Part shown: one piece after another, positions 49,096 through 59,041 of the stretch
Layout of the letters: each line of letters starts with the position of its first letter
Position numbering within the stretch: the stretch's first letter is position 1
Source: an uncultured Planctomycetia bacterium
GTDB taxonomy: Bacteria; Omnitrophota; Gorgyraeia; Duberdicusellales; 4484-171
Length of the DNA: 64,000 nucleotides
Direction of reading: 5' to 3'
NCBI GenBank assembly: GCA_964489445.1
Contig: CAZAYU010000006.1
Span: 53,518-117,517 of the forward strand
Made by a program: the position numbers and the translations under genes
The notes under the pieces: generated by a model
What the model was told of the DNA's origin: nothing
Databases searched by the model: none
Seen by the model: the letters and a program-made list of their open reading frames with translations, nothing else

Positions 49096-52071
49096 TCAAT
49101 TACAAAGCACTTTAATTGCTTCCCTGATTCTTTCCTTTTGGCTATGCGCCTTTGAAGGAGAAAAAAAAGCATATCCGTCAGCTTTTGTTAAATAATTTAA
49201 AAGCAACCGTAAGTCATTGATTAAATATTGTTTTCCGCCACCAAGGCAATTGATTTTCAAATTATTGCTAGATCTTAATAATACTTCCATATTTTCGATT
49301 ATCAGAGAATAACTATTATTCATTAATTCCTGTAACGGTAACATCGGATACAATGATACATATTTTTCTAAGAAACGTAATTCTTGAAATATCAAAAATA
49401 AATTTCTTTTGCTACACAGCCGGCTGTGTATCTCTTCTGCCGAATCGGAAGACGGCCGTATAGAACAAAATTGAACACAATTATTTCGACAGTTTCTTAT
49501 TGTGTTTCTGAAATGTTCGGCATCTTTTGAAAACCATACAGTATCCCAAGAATCCTTGTCACCCTCTCCAAAATGCTGTAATTTTCTATCATTTGGCCCA
49601 TTACACACAAAGCATAATTTCTTTCCCACAAGTATTGCACGAGTAAAGCCAGCATAACATTTATCTACATATACAGCTTTTGAAAAATAAGTATATATTT
49701 TTTCACAAGGAATTTCTACATGTATTGGCATCCGTTTCTTTTTTTCTTCAATCTTTCTTAAAGCATCATCTAAATCCGGAAGTCGCTGTTCAGGTATCCA
49801 AAATTCGCTGCTTCTCATTCCTTTTAAGTCAGTATTGCACACGTAAGGTTGGACACAAATGCCACAAAGATCATACTCAAGACAAAAGTCTAGCATATCA
49901 TACATAGTATCAAGCGTTTGGTTCATTAAAATAGATAGAGTATTTACCCGCGGAAAAATCTTTTTTCTCCTTTTTTTCTCTACATTAATATAATTAATCG
50001 CTTCTATTGCTTGTTCAAAAACTCCTTCACCCCGCAATGAATTATGAATATCAGCATTTGGTGAATCTATAGAAATACCTAAGGTATCAAGCTCTACGTC
50101 TATCAATCTATCTATAATCTTTCTGCTTAAAATTGTTCCGTTAGTGTTAAGATGGACTATTATTCCAGGATAATAATCTTTTACATATTTTACAAGATTA
50201 AATATGTCTGGCCGCATTAATGCTTCTCCGCCAGTAAAATATACTTGCTTGAGATTACCTAGCTTATACACATCATCAATGCTCTTTTTAACATAAAACA
50301 TATCTAGTTCATCTTCGTTAGCATTCCAAACTCCGCACATTTTACAACGCAAATTACATTTTGTAGTAAGCAACAATTGATACATAAACGGCCCCACTAA
50401 AGGTTTATTTAGATAAAGCGAAAAATTATACAGATAATCTTCCTGAATATTTTTAAGAAAATCTAATTGTCCCTTGTCATCTTCTATTGAATAATTAAAG
50501 ATATTTACATCTTCCTCTAACATCAAACAACCTTTTGCCGAATCAATCTTGCTATCAATAATTTTGTCCTTTACTCCGTTATCGTTAGCATCTTTAGCTT
50601 TTATATAATAGGCTAAGGCTTGCTTGTGCTCATTATTCTCAATGCGCTTATCTCCTAGAAATAGATAATATTCAGATGGAGAGTAAAAACTATCTTCTTC
50701 CCGGCCAATATAATTATTGCAAAATTCTAGAATCTCTATTCTCTTTTGTAATGTATTCTCCCCATCTCTAGAGTGCCATCGCACAGAATTAAAATTATCT
50801 TCAAGCTCAATGCCAAAATCTCTTCTATTTTCATAGATATACGTTCCTTTAGCTATTACTAATAAATGAAAAAGAACCTTACCAATAAATCGTCTGTTAC
50901 GCTTAATAAATTCTGCTGTAAGGATAATATCCACATCTTCTTCTCCGGGAAGCCCTATTATCAACGTAACATCTGCTGTTATTCCTGCTGTATGAGTATT
51001 CTGTAGCACCAACTCTACCAATTCAGGCGTAAAACGTTTACCAATAGTCTTTAATGTTTTCGGGCTTAAACTTTCTAATCCGTAAGTAATGTGTGAGCAA
51101 CCTGCCATTTTCATTTTACTTAATAGATCTAAATTCATTTCTTCTCGTATACTAGCCTGCCCTCCCCAGTTAAGCTTTATTTTACTATCAACCAAACGAT
51201 CACAAAGACCATTCAATACTTTTAAATCTCCATTAATAAGAGAATCATTTAAAAATAGTGAACTAATACAAGGATGCTTATTGATTTGGTACATAATTTC
51301 ATCAAATATATTTCCTGCACTCCGTGTCCTGTATTTTTTCCAGTTTCTTGACTCACTGCAGAATATACATTTATTAATGCAGCCTCTACTAGTTGATATT
51401 GCTAACTTATGACTGTGAAACTCATCTAAATGATATTTATCAAAATTAAAATCAGAATAATCAGCAAAAGGCAATTCATCTAAATTCTCTATTAATTCTT
51501 CTTCCGGACAGCTTATGATATCATTGTTAATGTCTCGAAAAGCTATTCCATTTAAACCGCTAACCTTACCACATCTTTCTACTATAGCTACTATCTGAGG
51601 AAGAACTTTTTCTCCTTCAAGATAACAAATAGCATCTACAAACTGATTAGTATGTAATAAAGATGCCCCCATCTCAGACTTAGTACAATGCGGTCCGCCA
51701 AAAATAATAATTTTATCGCTATTCTCCTCTTTAACCCTCCGAGCTATTTCTTCAGAAAAAAGACGATTTAATCCCGTAATGGTAAACCCGATTGTTTTAT
51801 AACCAATACTAATAATTGACTTTACACATTCTTCTATAAACTCCCCGTATAAATTGATTATTTTTTTAACAAAATCATCATTATACCAATCTGTGGGCCT
51901 ATCATATAAGGAGTTTTTCCTCAGCCCAACTAAATAATTATAAAATTCAATATTAAAATCTAAGCATTTTACCTTATAGCCTTCTGCCTGGCATGCTGCC
52001 TTAAGCAAGGCTAGACTATAGGGTGGTGAATGTATCGACCAACAAGGAGCTTGAACAATGACCAGGCTCAT
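49096..52071 (-). CDS. Fusion protein: cobalamin-binding (class B) radical SAM + family-B SPASM radical SAM + ~120-aa C-terminal tail
   Basis: MSLVIVQAPCW, …FGGPHCTKSE…, STSRGCINKCIFCSE. The second module has LLTTKCNLRCKMCGV and FTGGEALMRPD, with CRNNCVQFC. Confidence 0.75.
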   Translation of the reverse strand: MSLVIVQAPCWSIHSPPYSLALLKAACQAEGYKVKCLDFNIEFYNYLVGLRKNSLYDRPTDWYNDDFVKKIINLYGEFIEECVKSIISIGYKTIGFTITGLNRLFSEEIARRVKEENSDKIIIFGGPHCTKSEMGASLLHTNQFVDAICYLEGEKVLPQIVAIVERCGKVSGLNGIAFRDINNDIISCPEEELIENLDELPFADYSDFNFDKYHLDEFHSHKLAISTSRGCINKCIFCSESRNWKKYRTRSAGNIFDEIMYQINKHPCISSLFLNDSLINGDLKVLNGLCDRLVDSKIKLNWGGQASIREEMNLDLLSKMKMAGCSHITYGLESLSPKTLKTIGKRFTPELVELVLQNTHTAGITADVTLIIGLPGEEDVDIILTAEFIKRNRRFIGKVLFHLLVIAKGTYIYENRRDFGIELEDNFNSVRWHSRDGENTLQKRIEILEFCNNYIGREEDSFYSPSEYYLFLGDKRIENNEHKQALAYYIKAKDANDNGVKDKIIDSKIDSAKGCLMLEEDVNIFNYSIEDDKGQLDFLKNIQEDYLYNFSLYLNKPLVGPFMYQLLLTTKCNLRCKMCGVWNANEDELDMFYVKKSIDDVYKLGNLKQVYFTGGEALMRPDIFNLVKYVKDYYPGIIVHLNTNGTILSRKIIDRLIDVELDTLGISIDSPNADIHNSLRGEGVFEQAIEAINYINVEKKRRKKIFPRVNTLSILMNQTLDTMYDMLDFCLEYDLCGICVQPYVCNTDLKGMRSSEFWIPEQRLPDLDDALRKIEEKKKRMPIHVEIPCEKIYTYFSKAVYVDKCYAGFTRAILVGKKLCFVCNGPNDRKLQHFGEGDKDSWDTVWFSKDAEHFRNTIRNCRNNCVQFCSIRPSSDSAEEIHSRLCSKRNLFLIFQELRFLEKYVSLYPMLPLQELMNNSYSLIIENMEVLLRSSNNLKINCLGGGKQYLINDLRLLLNYLTKADGYAFFSPSKAHSQKERIREAIKVLCN

Positions 52072-52201
52072 AATCCTTTCTTATTATTACTCAATAAATA
52101 AAAATTCATTTATCTGTTATCAAAAGGAAACTAACTAAATTCAATAGCTTTTTTAACATTTTTAAAAAATAACCCATGCAAAGCAACGCAAGGAATATTA
52201 G

Positions 52202-53203
52202 TTATACATCGTCACAGAAGCATGGTAACAAACATGGCCATGCGCATCTTTTTACCTGATTTCTTGCCTGAATTATTTCCTTGCTCATAAGGACATCTTT
52301 TAATAACGTGTTTTTTAAACTTCCATACACAGAAAAACACGTTCGACATTTTCCATCATTAGCCACCAGAATTGTTCTGTCCGCAGACAAACATTTAGCA
52401 TTTTCCGGCAATAATCTGTTGCAGTAATAGTCTCTCATTAACAACAAGTTGGTAATTGAATTCTTTATAAAATCCGGTTTTTCTTTTTTTAACTCTATCA
52501 GTTTACTTAAGGAATCATCCAGTATATTTAGCCGATCTTTAAGAACCCAAAATTCAGATTTCTTTCGTTCATTCATCCTTAGATTATTGGGAAGCAGCGC
52601 TTGAAATTGTAATGAATCTGCACCTAAAGATTCAACAAAAGCAGCAATGTCCGCTAATTCTTCTAAATTATGATTCAAAATTATAGTAATTACGTTAAAT
52701 TTTACCTGCGAATTACTTTTCTTCAAGCAAGAAAGAACACCAAGCCCTTCTACTGTTTTCTTCCAAGCATTATCATAGTTGCGGATATAATTATGGGTAT
52801 CTGCTTTTAATGAGTCTAAAGAAAAGACCAACGAAATAGTATTATCCAGGATATAGGGCTCTAATCTGTTAATATTTTCCGCAATCATTATCCCATTTGT
52901 CAAAACACCTAAATTTTTAATATTTATATTTCTTGCGTAATCAAATATTTCATATATATCTTTTCTTATTAGTGGCTCACCTCCAGAAAGAGCAATTTCA
53001 TTTATCCCCAGTTTTTTAGCTTGATCAAGCACCCGCTGGACATGATAAATATCTATATCTTTTTCGGAAATACCAGTTTTCCATATATCACAAATACGAC
53101 ACTTTAGATTGCAGGAATGTGTAATATCTAAGATGATAAGCCGAGGCAGATAAAGATTATTAACTTTGTTTAACATTGCCAGACTGAATTCGGAAATATT
53201 CAT
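52202..53203 (-). CDS. Radical SAM/SPASM protein (family B)
   Basis: DITHSCNLKCRICDI followed by LSGGEPLIRKD, with C-terminal CAWPCLLPC. The track start (53242) is TTG and overlaps the upstream GT2; ATG (MNISEF) is at 53203. Confidence 0.7.
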   Translation of the reverse strand: MNISEFSLAMLNKVNNLYLPRLIILDITHSCNLKCRICDIWKTGISEKDIDIYHVQRVLDQAKKLGINEIALSGGEPLIRKDIYEIFDYARNINIKNLGVLTNGIMIAENINRLEPYILDNTISLVFSLDSLKADTHNYIRNYDNAWKKTVEGLGVLSCLKKSNSQVKFNVITIILNHNLEELADIAAFVESLGADSLQFQALLPNNLRMNERKKSEFWVLKDRLNILDDSLSKLIELKKEKPDFIKNSITNLLLMRDYYCNRLLPENAKCLSADRTILVANDGKCRTCFSVYGSLKNTLLKDVLMSKEIIQARNQVKRCAWPCLLPCFCDDV

Positions 53204-54107
53204 GAATATTTCCAAAAATATAAAAAATTTTATGAAGAGCAAAATAAATATAAACAGTTATTCGTCGAGCCCCTGTCCCCTTACTCTGATGTTTAAGAAA
53301 TTGTTTACCTAATATACAGCTAAATCGTGGAATTTTAATAAGATTGCCTAATGTCGATAGCCAAAAAGAACTTCTTCCTATTTTTAGTTCTTTTAATAAA
53401 ACATGACTATTGTTTTTATATTTTGTTAATAGGTTACCTCTTCCGTAAATATAAGCTTGTTCAAGAAAGCTTATGAATGTATCCTCGCGATAATGAATAA
53501 CTCTTATTTTTTTATCCCAGATAAATCTATGGCCATCCTTGAACAGACGCCAAAAAAAATCTAAATCTTCGCCTCCCGGCAAAGGAAAATCTTTATCAAA
53601 TTTATATTTCTCAAAAATTTCTCTCTTAAGAGAAACATTGCAAGTAGGAAAAAATATTATTTCTTCTTTGCCATCAATATTGGTATTAATACTACACGTA
53701 CTTAAGAATTGACTAACCAATACAGCAATCTTAGGCGATCGAGAATAAGTACCTCCACCTACAGCCGAGACATCGGGGTTATCCTTATGTATTTTAACCA
53801 TCAATTCCACCCAATTTTTCTCAGCAACACAATCATCATCAGTGAATAAAACTATTTTTCCTTGGGCAGCTTCTACTCCTAAATTTCTTGCTACAGCTGG
53901 ACCCCTAGAAAGTTGAGAAACATAAACTAAATTACCAAAGTTAAATTTTATTTGAAAAATTAACTTCTTTATCTCTTTATTTGCTCGATCATCAACAACT
54001 ATAACCTCAAACTTATTTAGAGGATAGTTCTGCTTAGCTAAAGAACTCAAGCAATCAATTAATTTTTTCTTTCTGCCACACGTAGGTACTACTACCGAAA
54101 CTTCCAT
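53160..54107 (-). CDS. Glycosyltransferase family 2
   Basis: VVVPTCGRKKKLIDCL…VIVVDD…LFTDDDC GT-A motifs. Confidence 0.75.
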   Translation of the reverse strand: MEVSVVVPTCGRKKKLIDCLSSLAKQNYPLNKFEVIVVDDRANKEIKKLIFQIKFNFGNLVYVSQLSRGPAVARNLGVEAAQGKIVLFTDDDCVAEKNWVELMVKIHKDNPDVSAVGGGTYSRSPKIAVLVSQFLSTCSINTNIDGKEEIIFFPTCNVSLKREIFEKYKFDKDFPLPGGEDLDFFWRLFKDGHRFIWDKKIRVIHYREDTFISFLEQAYIYGRGNLLTKYKNNSHVLLKELKIGRSSFWLSTLGNLIKIPRFSCILGKQFLKHQSKGTGARRITVYIYFALHKIFYIFGNIHEYFRIQSGNVKQS

Positions 54108-54111
54108 TTTT

Positions 54112-56841
54112 TTACTCTCCGTTAACCATTATTTCACCTTTTGAATATATATACTCTCCAGGCATTAAACTAATCGGAACATCATCTAAATATTGTAAAA
54201 CTCTACCACGAAAATTAAGATCTGTGTTTACTATGTTAAGCTTGTCCTGCTGACTTCTAAAAAAGGGGGTAAATATTATTTCGGGAAAATAACTTTCCTT
54301 TTTTCTAATCCTCTTTACCCCAGCATAGAACTTATTATCCTCCGACAAACAACATGAAGAAATAACTCCCCAATCATCGTCAACATTTCCATCAAAAAGA
54401 GGAAATGTCCCTTCATTTTTATTGAATGCCCATTGTTTATATTCTTCAGAAAGCATAATATTTGTCTGCTGGCGATCAATTCCAATTTCTTTATTAACTC
54501 TCATTTTAATTGAAAACGCAATAACACCCTCCCGTACTAATCTTAAATTCCAATATTGTTCTATTGGCAAATGCATCCATCTGCCAATAGAATTAATTTC
54601 GGAATCATTACCCTGAACACTCCATACAGCATGCGTACAAGAATCGTACCATCTGCCTTGCGACCGCAAAGAGGTATAAAAACCAAGCTGCTTTGTTAAT
54701 TTTTTATCATTCCAAAATATTTCTCCTCTCCCATTTGTTAAATTATACTTTAATTTTTTTTTCGCCACCATCCAAGAATCATTGGTAGTATTTTGTTGTT
54801 TAGCGTCATATTTTAAGGAAATTCTTACCTCAAAACACCTATGCCTACCTTGCGCAAACTTTCTTTTATCCTCCGGTTCAACACTTTGGATAGACAATAC
54901 TCTTGTCCGGCAAGACATAGCTGAATTAAAAATTTTAGCAAAATTATGCGGTTTTTTAGAGAAATCTAATAAAATATCCGGCAAATGTTTATCTAAACTA
55001 GACAAAATAATACTTTCATCGGGAATACATCTTTGCAACATATCCTCTTCGCGCTCTGAAAAAATATCCGAAAATGCACCCTTACCATACTTACTAAAAT
55101 AATATTTGTATCTTTCTGATAACTCAATCCTGATAAACTTTTCCTCAATCTCTAATTCATCTTTTATCTCGATATCTAAAGTAAAAATAAAATAATCTTC
55201 ACTAATAATTTCTATTTCCCAGATACAAATAACAGGTAAATACGCACTCTCACACCTGGCAATTATTTTTTTATTGCCTTCTTTTTTTATCTCCCAGAAA
55301 CTAGATTCAAAATTATACACCCGGCCTGCACAACGTAAAAAAAAGCTTACACAATTACCTTTGACTAAAGATAAATCATTAAAGAACGGAATGACTTTCC
55401 CATTATTAAATGTTAACCTTAACCTCTCTTGTGATATTGTTGTTTCGTCTTGAATATTCTTAAGATAAGCAGGCACATCTTTGATTCCAATAATGATTTT
55501 TCCGCTAAAAAATGTTAACCGTTTCCCTTTATTTTTAGAATAATTTTGTACATTCGCTATTTGAAATTGCAAAATTCGCGAGGAAATGAAACAATCTGAA
55601 TTTAATATTTGCCCATAGACAGGTAAAGCAGATAATGATTGTTCAACAATAAAAGAAGGCATACTCTCAGCAAGGCTATTCTCGGTTATTACTCCGATAC
55701 ATCTTCTAGAAATATTATCTTCCAATAAAGGCATCCATTGGTTATTACCTTCAATTATGGAGGGAAAATTATCTTTTTCGCCTAGAGAAGTAAACCATTG
55801 CTGATATTTATCAACTAAAATAAAATCAACACATCCCTGTTCAATTTCCATCATTTGTTCACTCTCAATCCCAATATCTATCTTTATCTCGCCGGAATCC
55901 ATCAATTCTATTTTCCAAACAACAATAAGCTCTATTTGATATATCCGCCCCTTAGCTGTAATCCGCTTATCACTTTCTTCTTCAATCTCCCAGTAGGCTT
56001 GAAAAGAATTGTACCGTTTATCTCGCGTAAAGAAATTAATATGTATTCCGGAAGAATTAGTAATAGGCTGATCGGCCCAATTAATAAATAAGCGGCCATT
56101 ATTAAATACAATACTTAAATTATCTTTTTTTAGGATCCCGACACCCTCCTTTGCCCCGACTACTTGTGTATAAAGAGCGATGGTCTTTTTCACCTCAGAA
56201 TCCTTAATGAGCCTACCCTCTTTAAGCAAAATAGCTCTCTTGCAAAGCCTCTGCAGCATCCCCATTTCATGGGTAACGTAAACAATTGTTGCACCTTTTT
56301 CTCTGATTTCAAATATTTTCTTTATGCATTTTTTTTGAAAAGACTCATCTCCCACCGCTAAAGTATCATCGATTAATAATATTTCCGGATCCAGACAAAT
56401 AGCAATCGAAAACGCCAAACGGACAAACATTCCTTGAGAGTAATACTTAACCGGAGCATTAATAAATTTCCCAATTGCGGCAAAATTTTCAATATCTTCG
56501 TATTTCTGATCAATTTCCTGTCGTGTAAATCCAAAAAAAGTGCTGTTTAAGAAAATATTATCTTTTCCGCTTAATTCCTGCTGAAAACCAGCTCCCAAAT
56601 CTAAAAGCCCGGTTACTCTCCCAGAAACACTCACCTCGCCTCGATCAGGGACGAGTATTCCGGCAATTAACTTTAAAATAGTAGATTTTCCTGCCCCGTT
56701 TTCTCCGATTATTCCCAGACTTTGCCCCTTCTCAACATCAAATGTTATATCCTTTAATGCCCAAAAATTATCCCAAGAAAGTTTACCATCAATAATAAAC
56801 TTTATTCGAAATATTTCCCAAACATCTTTAAACGTGATCAT
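54112..56841 (-). CDS. wzt: ABC transporter ATP-binding protein, Wzt/TagH-like, with ~650-aa C-terminal extension built from three tandem ~200-aa domains
   Basis: Walker A GENGAGKST, signature YSQGMF, Walker B ILLIDD, H-loop THE. Three repeats follow (…FNNGRLFINW…, …FNNGKVIPFF…, …GRGEIFWNDKKL…). Confidence 0.75.
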   Translation of the reverse strand: MITFKDVWEIFRIKFIIDGKLSWDNFWALKDITFDVEKGQSLGIIGENGAGKSTILKLIAGILVPDRGEVSVSGRVTGLLDLGAGFQQELSGKDNIFLNSTFFGFTRQEIDQKYEDIENFAAIGKFINAPVKYYSQGMFVRLAFSIAICLDPEILLIDDTLAVGDESFQKKCIKKIFEIREKGATIVYVTHEMGMLQRLCKRAILLKEGRLIKDSEVKKTIALYTQVVGAKEGVGILKKDNLSIVFNNGRLFINWADQPITNSSGIHINFFTRDKRYNSFQAYWEIEEESDKRITAKGRIYQIELIVVWKIELMDSGEIKIDIGIESEQMMEIEQGCVDFILVDKYQQWFTSLGEKDNFPSIIEGNNQWMPLLEDNISRRCIGVITENSLAESMPSFIVEQSLSALPVYGQILNSDCFISSRILQFQIANVQNYSKNKGKRLTFFSGKIIIGIKDVPAYLKNIQDETTISQERLRLTFNNGKVIPFFNDLSLVKGNCVSFFLRCAGRVYNFESSFWEIKKEGNKKIIARCESAYLPVICIWEIEIISEDYFIFTLDIEIKDELEIEEKFIRIELSERYKYYFSKYGKGAFSDIFSEREEDMLQRCIPDESIILSSLDKHLPDILLDFSKKPHNFAKIFNSAMSCRTRVLSIQSVEPEDKRKFAQGRHRCFEVRISLKYDAKQQNTTNDSWMVAKKKLKYNLTNGRGEIFWNDKKLTKQLGFYTSLRSQGRWYDSCTHAVWSVQGNDSEINSIGRWMHLPIEQYWNLRLVREGVIAFSIKMRVNKEIGIDRQQTNIMLSEEYKQWAFNKNEGTFPLFDGNVDDDWGVISSCCLSEDNKFYAGVKRIRKKESYFPEIIFTPFFRSQQDKLNIVNTDLNFRGRVLQYLDDVPISLMPGEYIYSKGEIMVNGE

Positions 56842-56847
56842 ACTATT

Positions 56848-57642
56848 TTACAATTTTTTAAATAATTCCTTCTCAAAATACGAAAAAACTTTAAATCCAA
56901 GAATTAAACTGACAATAGCCCACAAGAATGTACCTGCAAATATAGAAATGCTAGGCAAATTTCCATTAAAAATAACATCACGATAATATTGAATATAGCA
57001 ACTCATAGGATTTATACTTATTACCCACCTAAGCTGTTCGGGAAGCATCTCCGAAGAATAGAATATCGGAGTTATCCAGAACCAAAGCATAAGCATAACC
57101 CCTAGAAAATGTGTTATGTCACGATAAACTACATTAAGAACAGAAAGCATAAGCGAAATACCGCAAATAAACAAAAAATGCAAAAATAAAACGATAAACA
57201 AAAAAGGGACCAAACTAATTATTTTAAAATTAAAAAATAAAAATACAAAATATAGTGTGCAAAACCCAGCAATAAATTCCAAAAAATTTGCCAGAACAAC
57301 AGATATCGGAAATATTTCTTTAGGTATATTGAACTGTTGCAAAAGCCCTCGCTGATTTATAATCGACCCTGCAGCATCAAACAGAGAACTAGAAAAAAAC
57401 ATCCAAGGGATAATACCAGCAAGAACGAAAAGAGGAAAATTTTTGATTTCCGCCTTAAAAATAAAAGTGAACACAAAAGTTATTACAAGCATTAATAATA
57501 AAGGATTAACTACTGCCCAAAATACCCCTAAAAAGGCATTCGAATATTTTGCCTTCACCCTAGAAAAGGCAATTTTCCATAAATTGCCACGATAAGAATA
57601 TATTTTAGTTATTCTTTCCCTTAACATAATACTAAAACGCAT
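56848..57642 (-). CDS. wzm: ABC-2 type transporter permease (Wzm-like)
   Basis: 264 aa, six hydrophobic segments. It sits immediately upstream of the Wzt-like ATPase, separated by 6 nt. Confidence 0.7.
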   Translation of the reverse strand: MRFSIMLRERITKIYSYRGNLWKIAFSRVKAKYSNAFLGVFWAVVNPLLLMLVITFVFTFIFKAEIKNFPLFVLAGIIPWMFFSSSLFDAAGSIINQRGLLQQFNIPKEIFPISVVLANFLEFIAGFCTLYFVFLFFNFKIISLVPFLFIVLFLHFLFICGISLMLSVLNVVYRDITHFLGVMLMLWFWITPIFYSSEMLPEQLRWVISINPMSCYIQYYRDVIFNGNLPSISIFAGTFLWAIVSLILGFKVFSYFEKELFKKL

Positions 57643-57714
57643 ATTTTAACATAAACCACTTTATGCTTCAATATTTTCCGCCACATAAACAAAACCCAGT
57701 CTCATGTATCATCA

Positions 57715-58851
57715 TTATCGCATCAATTCAGAAATATTGTCTGCAATTATACTGTAAAGTTTATCGCCCGCTAAATTTAAGGAATATTTTTTACGCACAA
57801 CCTCTAATCCGTTTATTCCAATGGTTTTGGCCAGGTTACGATCAGAAATCATTAATTCCATATTAGATAAAAATTCTTCTTTATTATAACTTAACAACCC
57901 GGAATATCCACTTTGAATTATAAAATTTGCCTCACCTACCGCAGAAGCAATTACCGGTTTCCCTTTTGCCATATATTCAAACAACTTGACTGGACTCTTG
58001 GATAGATTAAATTTTGTTGTATCGAATAATGGCACAAGGCCTACATCAACTTCATCTAAATACTCAGAAATATTTTCTGGTTTTATCCATCTTTGATAAA
58101 CTATGCCGTTACATCTATATTTTTCAATCATCATTGCTAATTGCCCATCGAAAGTGCCCTCCCCGGCAATAAATAATTTAATAAACGGATACTTCCGGTA
58201 AAGCACCAAAAAACAATCAATAATAAATTTTATATAATCTAATATTTCGATCCTATTTAACGTTCCGTGCCATGAAAATACCATCTTTTTCTTCTCTTCA
58301 GCAGAAAAAGATGGATAAAACTCCTTAATATCTACCCCACTAGGTAGATAATAAACCTTTTTATTTTGCTTCGACAAATAATCTTTAAGGTAATTGCTCG
58401 CAGCAATACAGCAAATACTTTCGGAAGCTAATTTCCTTGTTAAATATTCAGCTTTGGAGCGTGGAAACACCCCAAAATAGTTACTGATATCCTCTCGTGC
58501 CTCCCAGTCATCCATATCAAAAATAAACGGAATTTTTTTTATTTTCGATAAAATCCATACTGGAATCGTATGATAATTGAAACGATTTATTATAAATATA
58601 GGATTGTTAGCCTTTTTTAAAAGGAATTTATACCCCTTAAATGCATAGATTATCTTTTCCAGCAATGTAAAGTTAGCGTCTTCTCCCCCTGATTTTGCTC
58701 CTAAATTTTCCACGAAAGACACTACAGAAGAACGAAAGCCTTTTTCGTTAAGCTGTTCAGAAAATCCCCATGAACGTGCTCTTGCTCCTGGATCTTTACG
58801 ACCTTCCCTAGTTATAAAAATAAAATTTTTATCCAATAATATCTTGCTCAT
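57715..58851 (-). CDS. Glycosyltransferase family 4 (GT-B)
   Basis: C-terminal …FIAGEGTFDGQ…GKPVIASAVGEANFIIQSGYSGLL motif. Confidence 0.7.
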   Translation of the reverse strand: MSKILLDKNFIFITREGRKDPGARARSWGFSEQLNEKGFRSSVVSFVENLGAKSGGEDANFTLLEKIIYAFKGYKFLLKKANNPIFIINRFNYHTIPVWILSKIKKIPFIFDMDDWEAREDISNYFGVFPRSKAEYLTRKLASESICCIAASNYLKDYLSKQNKKVYYLPSGVDIKEFYPSFSAEEKKKMVFSWHGTLNRIEILDYIKFIIDCFLVLYRKYPFIKLFIAGEGTFDGQLAMMIEKYRCNGIVYQRWIKPENISEYLDEVDVGLVPLFDTTKFNLSKSPVKLFEYMAKGKPVIASAVGEANFIIQSGYSGLLSYNKEEFLSNMELMISDRNLAKTIGINGLEVVRKKYSLNLAGDKLYSIIADNISELMR

Positions 58852-59019
58852 AAATTCTATACTTGTTCATTAAATTCACTCTGGCACCTTGAAACAGCAC
58901 AAACTAAATACACCTGTCAACGATTCCCTCATCCAAGAAAAAATCAATTATAATACGAACACCAAAGCAATCATCACCAAAAAAATAACAAATTAGACAA
59001 TCCTATCGATTAATTCAAT

Positions 59020-59041
59020 ATTGCAAAATATATTTTTTGCA
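59020..59041. promoter_or_regulatory. Perfect 8-bp inverted repeat TTGCAAAA-N6-TTTTGCAA in the largest intergenic gap; candidate operator/promoter element
   Basis: Read directly from sequence at 59020..59041. It lies in the 349-bp non-coding gap between the aminotransferase and GT4 genes. Confidence 0.25.

Noticed and set aside
977-53242. RiPP (ribosomal peptide) biosynthetic cluster as the explanation for the many SPASM radical SAM enzymes
   Set aside because: Intergenic gaps are almost all under 100 bp, and no short ORF resembling a leader-core precursor was found. Only two tiny genes exist, both hydrophobic membrane proteins next to the carbamoyltransferase. There is no peptidase, no RRE-like domain and no lanthipeptide/cyclodehydratase or similar partner. 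The genes are instead interleaved with a Wzm/Wzt exporter and glycosyltransferases. A peptide product cannot be fully excluded without HMM searches.
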